Positions 46,685-56,157 of a stretch of DNA of 64,000 nucleotides are shown one piece after another (position 1 is the first letter of the stretch; each line of letters starts with the position of its first letter). The stretch lies in NCBI GenBank assembly GCA_041671365.1, contig JBAZBP010000001.1:389518-453517 (forward strand). Direction: 5' to 3'. The notes beneath the pieces were generated by a model. The model searched no databases. It saw only the letters and a list, made by a program, of their open reading frames with translations, and had not been told where the DNA came from. Origin of the DNA: Patescibacteria group bacterium (GTDB lineage Bacteria; Patescibacteriota; Patescibacteriia; Patescibacteriales; UBA12465). Made by a program: the position numbers and the translations under genes.

Positions 46685-47080
46685 TTATTTCAAAGTCACC
46701 TTTGCTCCAGCTTCTTCCAATCTCTTCTTCATTTTTTCTGCCTCTTCTTTCTTTACTCCTTCTTTTAGAACTTTCGGAGCGGCGTCAACTAAATCCTTAG
46801 CCTCTTTTAAGCCCATCTCAGTCAGTTCGCGAACGGCTTTAATAACGTTTATTTTACTGGCGCCGGCGTCGGTAATTTCGACATCAAAGCTATCTTTTTC
46901 TTCGACAACGGCGGCCGCGCCGGCCGCTGGAGCCATCATCATGGCTGGAGCAGAAGCGGAAACACCAAATTTATCTTCTAAAATTTTAACCAACTCGGCC
47001 AAATCTAAAACGCTCATTTTTTCGATTTCACCAACCAATTTTTCAAATTTGGCGGGAACGATAACATTTTTTTCTTCCAT
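46685..47080 (-). CDS. rplL: 50S ribosomal protein L7/L12
   Basis: FGVSA..AAA.., [31 protein letters not shown]. Confidence 0.93.
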   Translation of the reverse strand: MEEKNVIVPAKFEKLVGEIEKMSVLDLAELVKILEDKFGVSASAPAMMMAPAAGAAAVVEEKDSFDVEITDAGASKINVIKAVRELTEMGLKEAKDLVDAAPKVLKEGVKKEEAEKMKKRLEEAGAKVTLK

Positions 47081-47151
47081 AGTTTTATTTTTGTGATTAT
47101 CCGATTTTATTTTTTTCGGATAATCAACATTAATTTATATTTATAATTTAA

Positions 47152-47679
47152 TTATTTCTCTTCTTCAATCGCTTTTAAAACTGTCACTAAACCTCGCAAA
47201 TTTCCTGCTAAAACATTAACAAAGCCAGAAATAGGGGCATTTATCGTTCCGACTAAGCGGGCGTATAATTCAGTTTTGCTTGGTAATTTAGATAAAGCCT
47301 CAACCTGATCTTTAGATAATAATTGTCCACCCAAAATGCCTCCCAGAAAGAAAATTTTCGTTTCCTTTTCTTTGTTCTGTCGAAAATTTCCAATAATTTT
47401 GGCCGGCGCAACCTCGTCCTCATAAGAAAAAATAGCCGCCACCTTGCCGTCAAAGTCTCGAACGTTAATATCTAACTTATTTTCCTTTAAAGCTAAGTTC
47501 ATTAAAGTTTTTTTAGCAACATAATATTCGCTATTTTCCGCTCTCAACTTAGCCCGTAAAATTTCATTATCCTTAACTCCCAAAGAATTAAAACCGGCAA
47601 AAATTACTGATTTAGATTTTTTTATTTTTTCTTTTAAGTTACGAAAAATCTCTTGTTTTTGAATTTTGTTTTTAGGCAT
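47152..47679 (-). CDS. rplJ: 50S ribosomal protein L10
   Basis: N-terminal K-rich region, VIFAGFNSLGVKDNEILRAKLR. Immediately upstream of rplL. Confidence 0.9.
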   Translation of the reverse strand: MPKNKIQKQEIFRNLKEKIKKSKSVIFAGFNSLGVKDNEILRAKLRAENSEYYVAKKTLMNLALKENKLDINVRDFDGKVAAIFSYEDEVAPAKIIGNFRQNKEKETKIFFLGGILGGQLLSKDQVEALSKLPSKTELYARLVGTINAPISGFVNVLAGNLRGLVTVLKAIEEEK

Positions 47680-47815
47680 AGCTATTTATATTAAAAAAAT
47701 CTGTGTAAAACCACAGATGATAATAATGCTAAAAAAGCATTTATACCTCGGCAAGACTTACAAATGCCGTTAGGCACTAAGCTGGCTGTCTGCGGTTAAT
47801 ATTTATTATGTTGAT
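47680..47815 (-). promoter_or_regulatory. putative rplJ (L10) leader with terminator/attenuator hairpin
   Basis: The leader is about 135 nt. On the minus strand, ATCTGTG-gtttta-CACAGAT (47700-47719) is followed by T7, 13 nt before the ATG. Confidence 0.45.
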
Positions 47816-47843
47816 ATATTAGCAGGTTTCTATTATTTGTCAA
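47816..47843 (-). promoter_or_regulatory. sigma70-like promoter (TTGACA-16-TAATAT) for rplJL
   Basis: On the minus strand, -35 is at 47838-47843 and -10 at 47816-47821. Confidence 0.5.
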
Positions 47844-47845
47844 GT

Positions 47846-49024
47846 CTAATTCCTTTTGATTTTAGCCTCTAACCCTTTTTTTCTCCCATAATTAGCAAAA
47901 CGATGGGCCTCTTCCCTGACTTTCAAAAGAGTTGGTTTAATATTATTAGCTAAATCGCGTAAAGTTTTTTTTGCCTGGCGACTAAAAATTAACTTATCCC
48001 CGCCCAATTTAGAAATTCCAATAAGCGGAATATTTATATTATTGACACTTAAAATTCTGGTCAAAAAACTTATCTGCGGCAGGCCGCCGTCAATCATAAT
48101 TAATTCCGGACTCGGCCATTCGCTATGCTTAAAACGCCGCAAAAGAACTTCGGCCAGAGCTCTTTCGTCATCACCGGGCGGCGCCTCTTTAATCTTGAAT
48201 AAACGATATTCGTTTTTATTGGCTTCTCCGTTTTCAAAAACAACCATCGAACCATAGGGTTCATTTCCCTGCATATGAGAAATATCATAACCCTCAAGGC
48301 GATTGACTCGGGCCTCATTCAAGTCGTCTTCACGGGTCAAAAGCGAAACATCTTGAAGGTGTTTTAAGGCTTTAATTTTATCAGGATTTTCTTTCATTAA
48401 TTTTTTAGTCAATCGTCTTTTTTCACCGTTTAACAATAAAATAATATTTTTTATATTTTTTTGATAATCCTTTGAAGATATGGCACCAATACAGATCCCC
48501 GGACATAAACCGATTTGGTAATCAAAGCAGGCCTGGCCGCTATTAGCCCGGCAATTACTATAAGGAAAAACTTGGCGAATTAGGCGTAAAGCGGATTGCA
48601 AAAGATAAAAAGATTGGTATGGTCCAAAGACTTTAGCTTGACTGGCGGGAAATTTTTTTAAATCTGTGCCCCTGACAATTAAAGGCTTAGGATATGTTGT
48701 TTTAGGAATAACCACGTAAATAAAGGAACGATCATCTCTATCGACAATATTATATTTAGGCCAATATTTTTTAATATACTTCGCCTCTAAAATTACGGCC
48801 TCTAATAAACTCTCACAAATTTCATATTTAATATTATTGGCTTGCGCCACCATCTCGGCAATCCGGCGATCAATACCCTTTTGAAAATATTGGCTAAGAC
48901 GGTTATTCAAACTAGTCGCTCGACCGACATATAGTATTTTTTTATTTTTATCTAACCAAAAATACACTCCCGGTTTCTTAGGAATTGATTTTAATTTATT
49001 TTTTAATTTTAAATTTGTAACCAT
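47846..49024 (-). CDS. uvrC: excinuclease ABC subunit C, short form (392 aa)
   Basis: GIY-YIG PGVYFWLD..ILYVGRA, Cys-rich CFDYQIGLCPGIC, endonuclease EGYDISHMQG, ends just after REEAHRFA. Confidence 0.8.
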   Translation of the reverse strand: MVTNLKLKNKLKSIPKKPGVYFWLDKNKKILYVGRATSLNNRLSQYFQKGIDRRIAEMVAQANNIKYEICESLLEAVILEAKYIKKYWPKYNIVDRDDRSFIYVVIPKTTYPKPLIVRGTDLKKFPASQAKVFGPYQSFYLLQSALRLIRQVFPYSNCRANSGQACFDYQIGLCPGICIGAISSKDYQKNIKNIILLLNGEKRRLTKKLMKENPDKIKALKHLQDVSLLTREDDLNEARVNRLEGYDISHMQGNEPYGSMVVFENGEANKNEYRLFKIKEAPPGDDERALAEVLLRRFKHSEWPSPELIMIDGGLPQISFLTRILSVNNINIPLIGISKLGGDKLIFSRQAKKTLRDLANNIKPTLLKVREEAHRFANYGRKKGLEAKIKRN

Positions 49025-49328
49025 ATTTAACTAAATCAATCCTGTTATTCGTAATTTTTACACCCTCTTTTTTTAGTATTTTTTTCTTCTTATCGACACC
49101 AGAAGCAAAACCGCCGATTTCACCGTTAGATTTTATAACTCGATGACAAGGGACCAGCGGAGCATACGGATTTCTGTTCAAAGCATTGCCGACCGCGCGA
49201 CAGGCGCCAGAATTTTTCATGACACGAGCGATGGTCTGGTAGGTAACGACCTTACCGCGTGGAATACGGCGAGTCAGCTTATAGACCAGGCGCGCGAAGC
49301 TTTTTATTTCTTTATCAATCTTTTTCAT
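48996..49328 (-). CDS. ogt: methylated-DNA--protein-cysteine methyltransferase (MGMT/Ogt DNA-binding domain)
   Basis: VPCHRVI active-site PCHR motif and GKVVTYQTIA. Overlaps uvrC by 29 nt. Confidence 0.8.
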   Translation of the reverse strand: MKKIDKEIKSFARLVYKLTRRIPRGKVVTYQTIARVMKNSGACRAVGNALNRNPYAPLVPCHRVIKSNGEIGGFASGVDKKKKILKKEGVKITNNRIDLVKYGYKFKIKK

Positions 49329-49331
49329 ATA

Positions 49332-51839
49332 TTATACTAAATATTTCTTAAGATATTTGCCGGTGACGCTTTTAGATTCACGAATAACATCTTCCGGGGC
49401 GCCCGCTACCACTAAACGTCCGCCATCCTCGCCGCCATCCGGTCCAAGGTCAATAATATAGTCCATAGCTTTAAGCATGTGCATATTATGTTCAATTACT
49501 AAAACTGAATTACCCTTTTCTACTAATTGATTAAGAACCGCCAACAATCGATCAATATCATAATAATGCAGACCGGTAGTCGGCTCGTCCAACAAGTATA
49601 AAGTACGCTGACCTAAAGTATGGGTTAATTCTTTGGATATCTTAATACGTTGCGCTTCCCCGCCGGATAAAGTCGTCGCGCTTTGACCAATTTTTAGATA
49701 ACCAAGACCAACCGACTGCAGCACCTTAAGTTTATCGGTAATATAATAATTTCCCTCAAATAATGTCGTAGCCTCATCAATCGTTAAATCTAAAACATCG
49801 GCAATATTCTGACCTTTATATTTAACCTGTAAGGTTTCTCGATTAAAGCGCCGCCCACGGCAAACTTCGCATTCAACCAGGACAGCCGGGAGGAAATGCA
49901 TCTCGATTAAGTTCGCCCCCGCCCCGCCACAGGCCTCACAGCGCCCGCCTGGACGATTAAAAGAGAAACGGCCGATTGCATATCCCCTTTCCCGCGAATC
50001 GGGCAAAGAAGCAAAAAAGTCGCGAATCGGAGTAAAAATACCGGTATAGGTCGCGGGGTTGGACCGGGGCGTCCGACCGATAGGAGACTGATCGATTACT
50101 ACCACCTTATTTAGATATTCGACGCCTTTTAATTCCTTAACCTGTTCTAATTTAACCTGACCGCGACGATTCTTTATATTAGTAATATTTTTGTAAATAA
50201 CATCATACAGAAGCGAAGATTTTCCGCTACCGGAAACACCGCTTATGCCTACTAAACGACCTAAAGGAATTTCGACATTAATATTCTTTAAATTATTCGC
50301 AAAAGCTCCACGGATTTTTAAAGAACCGTGATTTTGCTCGCGGCGTTTAGCCGGCAGGCTAATTTCTTTCTCACCGAGCAGATATTGTAAAGTCAAAGAT
50401 TTTTTCTGAAAGGTCTTATTCTTTCTTTCATTTAAAAGATCTTTGGTTTCACCAATGGCCATCACTTCCCCGCCATGAACGCCGGCCAGCGGTCCTAAAT
50501 CAACCAAATAATCGGATTCTAAAATTGTTCGTTCGTCGTGCTCCACGATAATTACGGTATTATTTTTATCACGTAATTTTTTTAGCGTATCAATTAAACG
50601 ATCGGTGTCGCGCTCGTGAAGTCCGATAGTCGGTTCGTCCAAAACATATAAAGTCCGTGATAAATGGGAACTGATTTGTGAAGATAGGCGGATACGCTGC
50701 GCTTCCCCGCCGGATAAGGTTTCCGCTTCTCGTTCCAAGGAAATATAATGTAAACCGACTTTAAGAAGAAACTCTAAACGACTAATAATTTGGACAACCA
50801 CGTTTTCAGCAATTGCTCTTTGACGCTTAGTCATCTTCTCATAGTAATTATTGAAAAAATCTAAAGACTGATTAATCGGTAATTTAGTAACTTCGGCAAT
50901 ATTTTTACCGCCAATCCGGACCGACAAAGCTTCCGGCCGCAAACGCTTACCCAAACAAATTGCGCATTTTTCAGCGGAAAAAAAATTAGCCCGACCTAAA
51001 CCGGAACATTCCGGACAAGCGCCGTGCGGCGAATTAAAGGAAAATAAACGCGGCTCAACTTCGGGGAAAGAATAATTGTCATTCGGACAGGTCCAATTGG
51101 CGGATAATAAAAATTCTTGATTTTGATATTTGGCAATTACCAATCCCTTGCTATACTCTAAGGAATTTTCCACCGCTTCAAATAATCGAGTCTGATCGTT
51201 TAATAAAATTTTATCGATAATAATATCAATATCATGTTTTTGTTTCGGGGCTAACTTAAGCTGTTCGCGCAGAGAGTGAATTTTTCCGTCTATTCGCGAT
51301 TCACTAAAACCCAAACCCAAATAATTATATAATAACTGGTAGTATTCGCCCTTACGATCACGGACAATCGGCGCTAAAATTGTGACATATTCCTCTTTTA
51401 AGTCATGGCCGCGGTTAATAATAATATCCACCATTTCCTCTAAGGTCAATTTTTCAATTTTATGATCGCAAATCGGACAAAAAACTTCGCCGACACGAGC
51501 GTACAGGACGCGTAAATAATCATAAATATCGGTTAAGGTACCGACCGTCGAACGCGGATTATGAGACAAGGCTTTTTGGTCGATAGATATTGACGGCGCC
51601 AAACCGATTATTTCATCGACTTCCGCCGGTTTTTTCTGTCCCAAGAATTGACGCATATACGGCGACAAAGACTCGACATACTGTCTTTGTCCTTCGGCAA
51701 AAATCGTATCAAAAGCCAGCGACGACTTACCGCTGCCGGACACGCCGGTAATAACCGTTAATTTATTATGAGGTATTTCGACATTAATATTTTTTAAATT
51801 GTGCATCCGCGCGCCGCGAATGATTAATTTTTCGGACAT
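49332..51839 (-). CDS. uvrA: excinuclease ABC subunit A, 835 aa
   Basis: GVSGSGKSSLAFDT twice, LSGGEAQR twice, and zinc modules. Confidence 0.93.
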   Translation of the reverse strand: MSEKLIIRGARMHNLKNINVEIPHNKLTVITGVSGSGKSSLAFDTIFAEGQRQYVESLSPYMRQFLGQKKPAEVDEIIGLAPSISIDQKALSHNPRSTVGTLTDIYDYLRVLYARVGEVFCPICDHKIEKLTLEEMVDIIINRGHDLKEEYVTILAPIVRDRKGEYYQLLYNYLGLGFSESRIDGKIHSLREQLKLAPKQKHDIDIIIDKILLNDQTRLFEAVENSLEYSKGLVIAKYQNQEFLLSANWTCPNDNYSFPEVEPRLFSFNSPHGACPECSGLGRANFFSAEKCAICLGKRLRPEALSVRIGGKNIAEVTKLPINQSLDFFNNYYEKMTKRQRAIAENVVVQIISRLEFLLKVGLHYISLEREAETLSGGEAQRIRLSSQISSHLSRTLYVLDEPTIGLHERDTDRLIDTLKKLRDKNNTVIIVEHDERTILESDYLVDLGPLAGVHGGEVMAIGETKDLLNERKNKTFQKKSLTLQYLLGEKEISLPAKRREQNHGSLKIRGAFANNLKNINVEIPLGRLVGISGVSGSGKSSLLYDVIYKNITNIKNRRGQVKLEQVKELKGVEYLNKVVVIDQSPIGRTPRSNPATYTGIFTPIRDFFASLPDSRERGYAIGRFSFNRPGGRCEACGGAGANLIEMHFLPAVLVECEVCRGRRFNRETLQVKYKGQNIADVLDLTIDEATTLFEGNYYITDKLKVLQSVGLGYLKIGQSATTLSGGEAQRIKISKELTHTLGQRTLYLLDEPTTGLHYYDIDRLLAVLNQLVEKGNSVLVIEHNMHMLKAMDYIIDLGPDGGEDGGRLVVAGAPEDVIRESKSVTGKYLKKYLV

Positions 51840-51841
51840 GG

Positions 51842-52447
51842 CTATCTAGAATTAACAAAAGGATTGGGTTCGTTAAAAGCTATTCTGGGGATAGAATTAT
51901 TTATAACGTGGCAATCTAAACCATATTTTTTATTATATTGAACATCAACTCCGGCGAATAGAGCTTGAGCATAATCAAACCCTAGTTTTTTACTAACTTC
52001 CTTCACGGCCTCTTCCGATTTTCCCTCAACTTCAACAAAGGGTTCTAGATATGGCCATTCATCAATCATTATCTCGACGCTATTTAAAGTCCAAATCTCC
52101 CGTTTTGTTTCCTGATAAGCTTTTTCTACACAACCAATCGATTTCAAAAAATCCATGCCCTCGGAAAAACTATCAATACACAAACAGATTTCTTTTTGAT
52201 TCTCGATCTTATTGCCTTCAATTATTTTCAAACTCATAGTAATCTTATCTTCTTCATCTCTAACTCTTAGCCACCCTCCCTTAATTTCGTGTCCGGACGG
52301 CAAATCAAAATTAATCCGTTTTTGCAAAAATTCCGGTTTTACTAAAATAGCCCCCGCATTTTTTAAACGGGCGCGGATATCATCTTTGTTGACGTTGGTA
52401 AAAGTGGCTTCGTATTCAATGTTCATATGTCTATGATTATTAGTCAT
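51842..52447 (-). CDS. CYTH-domain protein (CyaB-like / triphosphatase fold)
   Basis: N-terminal IEYEATF (EXEXK-like), WLRVRDE, MSLK, IMIDEWPYLEPFVEVEG. Confidence 0.55.
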   Translation of the reverse strand: MTNNHRHMNIEYEATFTNVNKDDIRARLKNAGAILVKPEFLQKRINFDLPSGHEIKGGWLRVRDEEDKITMSLKIIEGNKIENQKEICLCIDSFSEGMDFLKSIGCVEKAYQETKREIWTLNSVEIMIDEWPYLEPFVEVEGKSEEAVKEVSKKLGFDYAQALFAGVDVQYNKKYGLDCHVINNSIPRIAFNEPNPFVNSR

Positions 52448-52452
52448 TTAAT

Positions 52453-52570
52453 AAGGAAAGACTTATATAATAATTTTTTGGCTGCGGAACTCGCCTGCTC
52501 TTAGAAATAATGATTTTGAGGCAGACTCGGTCAGTCCTCGCTGCAAAAATAATTATATAAATCTTTCCTT
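52453..52570. repeat. 118-nt imperfect inverted repeat / long hairpin between uvrB and the CYTH gene
   Basis: The arms 52453-52479 and 52545-52570 pair with 2 mismatches. Pairing can continue inward (ggctgcgg / cctcgctgc). Confidence 0.5.
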
Positions 52571-52576
52571 TCCATA

Positions 52577-54412
52577 TTATTTTTCAGCTAAATCTAAAAA
52601 TTCTTCAATTTTTTTGCTAATATTTTGCGGGGTAATATTATGTTTTTTATTATAAGCCAACTGTTTGACGCGACGACGATTAGCTTCGTTCATCGCCCGG
52701 CGCATGGAACCGGTAATTTTATCAGCGTATAAAATAATTTTTCCTTTAACATTGCGCGCCGCTCGTCCCATAGTTTGCATCAGCGAAGTCTCGCTGCGCA
52801 AAAACCCTTCCCTATCGGCGTCTAAAATTGCCACGAGAGTTACTTCCGGCAAATCCAGACCTTCCCGCAGTAAGTTAACGCCAATCAAAACATCAAACTT
52901 ACCTTCTCGAAAATTTTTCAATATCTCCATTCGCTCCATGGTTTTAATATCGGAATGTAGATAATTTGACTTAAAGCCTTGGTTATTCAAATAAGTATTT
53001 AAATCTTCTGCTTGTTTCTTGGTTAAAGTATTAACTATCGCTCGTTCACCCTGGGCGGCGATATTACCTATTTCTTTCATTATATCATTAATTTGGCTAT
53101 AATTTTCTTTCTTATTAAAAACCGGTCGGACCTCTATTTCCGGATCGACTAAACCGGTCGGTCGGATTACTTGCTCGGCGATTTGTTTAGAGTATTTTAA
53201 TTCAAATTCGCCGGGGGTAGCGGTTGTAAAGATTGTCTGGCCGATTCGGGCTTGAAATTCGTTAAATTTTAAAGGTCGATTATCCAGGGCAGACGGCAGG
53301 CGCCAACCATATTGTGTTAAAGTTTTTTTACGAGCCTGATCGCCATTATACATGCCGCGAATCTGCGGAACTCCAATATGCGATTCATCAATAATCGTTA
53401 AAAAATCCGGCCGACCGTTTTTCCAGGGAAAATATGCCAATAAGGAGTCCGGTGCTTCCCCGGATAATTTACCGGTTAAATGTCGCGAGTAATTTTCAAT
53501 GCCATGGCAATAGCCGAGACTATGGAGCATTTCCAAATCATATTTCGTCCGGCGCTCCAAGCGTTCCGCTTCCAATAATAAACCGGCTTTTTTAAAATAT
53601 GTTAAACGTTCTTTTAATTCGGCCGATATATTTTTTATAGCCGCTTCGATTTGCGGCTTAGTAGAAACAAAATGCTTCGGCGGGAAAACCACTATTTCTT
53701 CCAGATTGCCGATAATATTTTTAGTGGTGTTATCAATAATACTTAAATCAGAAATCTTTTGATCGTTCAGTTCTAAGCGATAGATAATATTTTCCGACAT
53801 CGGACGGATTTCAAAAACATCACCGCGGACCCGAAATTCACCGCGCTTTATCTCGCCGTTCACGCGGGCAAATTGAATTTTAATCAATTGTTTTATAAGA
53901 TCGGTCCGAACTATTATTTTACCTTTTTCTAAAACCAATCTGGCCTCTAAATAACTGGCCGGAACCCCTAAATTATAAATACAAGAAACCGAGGCGACAA
54001 TAATAACATCACGGCGAGAAACTAAGGCGGAGGTGGCGCCATGGCGCAAGCGGTCTATTTCTTGGTTGATCATCGCCTCCTTATCAATATAAGTATCGGT
54101 TATCGGCAAATAGGCTTCAGGTTGATAGTAGTCATAATATGAAACAAAATAATGAACGGCGTTCTCCGGAAAAAAATTTTTATATTCGCGATAAAGCTGA
54201 GCGGCTAAAGATTTATTGGGCGCCATGACTAAAACCGGCCGATCTCCGGCCGCTATTAAATTGGCGACGGTAAAAGTTTTACCGCTGCCGGTTACGCCTA
54301 AAAGGGTTTGAAAATCAAAACCTCTCTCTAATCCGGAGATAAGCTTCTTTATAGCTGCGGGTTGATCGCCGGCTGGTATAAATTCAGAATGTAATTTAAA
54401 TAAATTCGCCAT
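52577..54412 (-). CDS. uvrB: excinuclease ABC subunit B, 611 aa
   Basis: GVTGSGKTFT, DESH, helicase motifs, ends at ...KHNITPQNISKKIEEFLDLAEK. Confidence 0.93.
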   Translation of the reverse strand: MANLFKLHSEFIPAGDQPAAIKKLISGLERGFDFQTLLGVTGSGKTFTVANLIAAGDRPVLVMAPNKSLAAQLYREYKNFFPENAVHYFVSYYDYYQPEAYLPITDTYIDKEAMINQEIDRLRHGATSALVSRRDVIIVASVSCIYNLGVPASYLEARLVLEKGKIIVRTDLIKQLIKIQFARVNGEIKRGEFRVRGDVFEIRPMSENIIYRLELNDQKISDLSIIDNTTKNIIGNLEEIVVFPPKHFVSTKPQIEAAIKNISAELKERLTYFKKAGLLLEAERLERRTKYDLEMLHSLGYCHGIENYSRHLTGKLSGEAPDSLLAYFPWKNGRPDFLTIIDESHIGVPQIRGMYNGDQARKKTLTQYGWRLPSALDNRPLKFNEFQARIGQTIFTTATPGEFELKYSKQIAEQVIRPTGLVDPEIEVRPVFNKKENYSQINDIMKEIGNIAAQGERAIVNTLTKKQAEDLNTYLNNQGFKSNYLHSDIKTMERMEILKNFREGKFDVLIGVNLLREGLDLPEVTLVAILDADREGFLRSETSLMQTMGRAARNVKGKIILYADKITGSMRRAMNEANRRRVKQLAYNKKHNITPQNISKKIEEFLDLAEK

Positions 54413-54454
54413 AATACGACCTCAAAATAAATCCTTAGTAAATTTATGATAAGC

Positions 54455-54880
54455 TTATTTAATTTTTTCCAATAATTTAATAAATTGTTCCAACTCTTCG
54501 GTTTGAAAATCTTTAAAAGCGCGGCTGGTAGAAATAAAATAATTAATTTTAAATTGTTCAAATTTTTTCTTGGCGGAATTACTTAATTTAATCCGAGTTA
54601 GGCGTCGGTCACTGACAACCTCTTCGCGTTTGACTAATTTATAATTTACTAAAACATCGATAAATTGAGTAATTGCTCCGGAAGTTACTCGAAGAAATGC
54701 GGCTAAATCTTTAACTACGGCTCCCTGTTTTTTCCCGGAGACAAAAAATAAAATCATCACTTGCTGCCGATTCAATAAAAAATCTCCAAAAGGAAAACTC
54801 TGATAAGAATGCAAATCTTTAATAACTTGTATTAATTTAGCAATTAATTTTTCTAGCAACCCTTGCCTAGCATCAATCAT
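54455..54880 (-). CDS. MarR-family transcriptional regulator
   Basis: Winged HTH VKDLAAFLRVTSGAITQFIDVLVNYKLVKRE..DRR. Confidence 0.75.
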   Translation of the reverse strand: MIDARQGLLEKLIAKLIQVIKDLHSYQSFPFGDFLLNRQQVMILFFVSGKKQGAVVKDLAAFLRVTSGAITQFIDVLVNYKLVKREEVVSDRRLTRIKLSNSAKKKFEQFKINYFISTSRAFKDFQTEELEQFIKLLEKIK

Positions 54881-54894
54881 ATATTTAATTTTAA

Positions 54895-56148
54895 TTATTC
54901 ATGGCTTAAGGCCGTAATCGGATCTAGTTTAGCCGCGCTGCGAGCTGGAAAAACTCCGAAACTAATTCCGATTAAAGCAGAAACGCCAAACCCGAGACCG
55001 ATGGCATATAACGGAACGGAAAATACCCAAGCTAGACCGCTCGCGGTCGCAATAACCGACACTAGCCAGCCTAATGCCGATCCGACGAGTATCCCGACAG
55101 CCCCACCAAGTAAAGTAACCAAAATCGATTCAATTAAAAATTCTCTCAAAATATCAGAATTTTTAGCGCCTAAGGCTTTTTTTAGACCGATTTCCGCCGT
55201 TCGCTCCGTAACCACCACATACATAATATTCATAATTCCGACCCCGCCGACGATAAGGGATATCGCTGCAATGGCAATAAGTAAAATAGTAATACCATCA
55301 AAAATAACGTTAAAAGTACCCATCGCCTCGGCCTGAGTTTGGACAATAAAATCATCTTTACCAGGATCGGTAATATCATGATTTTGTCGTAAAATTATTT
55401 TTATATTTTCGGCGGTAACATCGCCTAAATCAACATTTTTTATTTGAACAATCGCCATCAACAAATGATCAATTCCCAGTATTTTTTTTTGAGCGGTAAC
55501 GAGCGGAACATAAAGCATCTCATCATTACCGCCGGATAAGGCACCGAGTGAATTATAAACTCCGATGACCTGAACATTTATATTCCCCAAACGAACTAGT
55601 TTTCCGAGCGGATCTTCAGAACCAAACAGATCTTGGGCAAGCTGGCTGCCTAAAATAGCCACTTGAGCCGCCCCAGCGTCCTCGGCGGCGGTAAAAAATC
55701 TTCCCGACTTTAAAGTACTTTGATCAATTTCAAATCGCGCGGCAGAAGCACCATAAAACAAAGTACTTTTATTGACATCACGGTAACTGACAATTTTCTG
55801 TCCGACCACCATTCCATAGTCATTAACAACGTTGGCTATTTTTTTTATATCATTTAAATCCTGATTTTTTAAAGTCGTAATGGTCACGCCCGAAGCCACT
55901 CCGCTGGTATGCGAATTTACATTGCTCGCGTTGCGATTTTTTGTCGTCGGCGGAACTCGAGTTTCAATAAATAAAGTATTAGTCCCGTATGATTGCAACT
56001 GAGCATCAATTAGGCTACGAAATCCCGCTCCGGCCGATAATACTAAAATAACGGTAGCGATCCCGATCATAATTCCTAAAGTCGTCAGAATAGTTCTAAC
56101 TAAATTAGAATATAAAACTTTAATAGCTTGTTTGGCGGCCTGATACAT
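54895..56148 (-). CDS. ABC transporter permease, MacB/FtsX type
   Basis: N-terminal TM, large extracytoplasmic domain, C-terminal FtsX domain ERTAEIGLKKALGA. Confidence 0.8.
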   Translation of the reverse strand: MYQAAKQAIKVLYSNLVRTILTTLGIMIGIATVILVLSAGAGFRSLIDAQLQSYGTNTLFIETRVPPTTKNRNASNVNSHTSGVASGVTITTLKNQDLNDIKKIANVVNDYGMVVGQKIVSYRDVNKSTLFYGASAARFEIDQSTLKSGRFFTAAEDAGAAQVAILGSQLAQDLFGSEDPLGKLVRLGNINVQVIGVYNSLGALSGGNDEMLYVPLVTAQKKILGIDHLLMAIVQIKNVDLGDVTAENIKIILRQNHDITDPGKDDFIVQTQAEAMGTFNVIFDGITILLIAIAAISLIVGGVGIMNIMYVVVTERTAEIGLKKALGAKNSDILREFLIESILVTLLGGAVGILVGSALGWLVSVIATASGLAWVFSVPLYAIGLGFGVSALIGISFGVFPARSAAKLDPITALSHE

Positions 56149-56157
56149 AAAATTTTA

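Noticed and set aside
54863-55336. 157-aa plus-strand ORF, plus similar ones at 56348..56614, 52665..52964, 41360..41662, 37664..38026 and 48042..48257
   Set aside because: All are antisense to well-supported CDS (FtsX permeases, uvrB, methyltransferase, GT4, uvrC) and have Pro/Ser/Arg-rich translations typical of reverse-frame artefacts.
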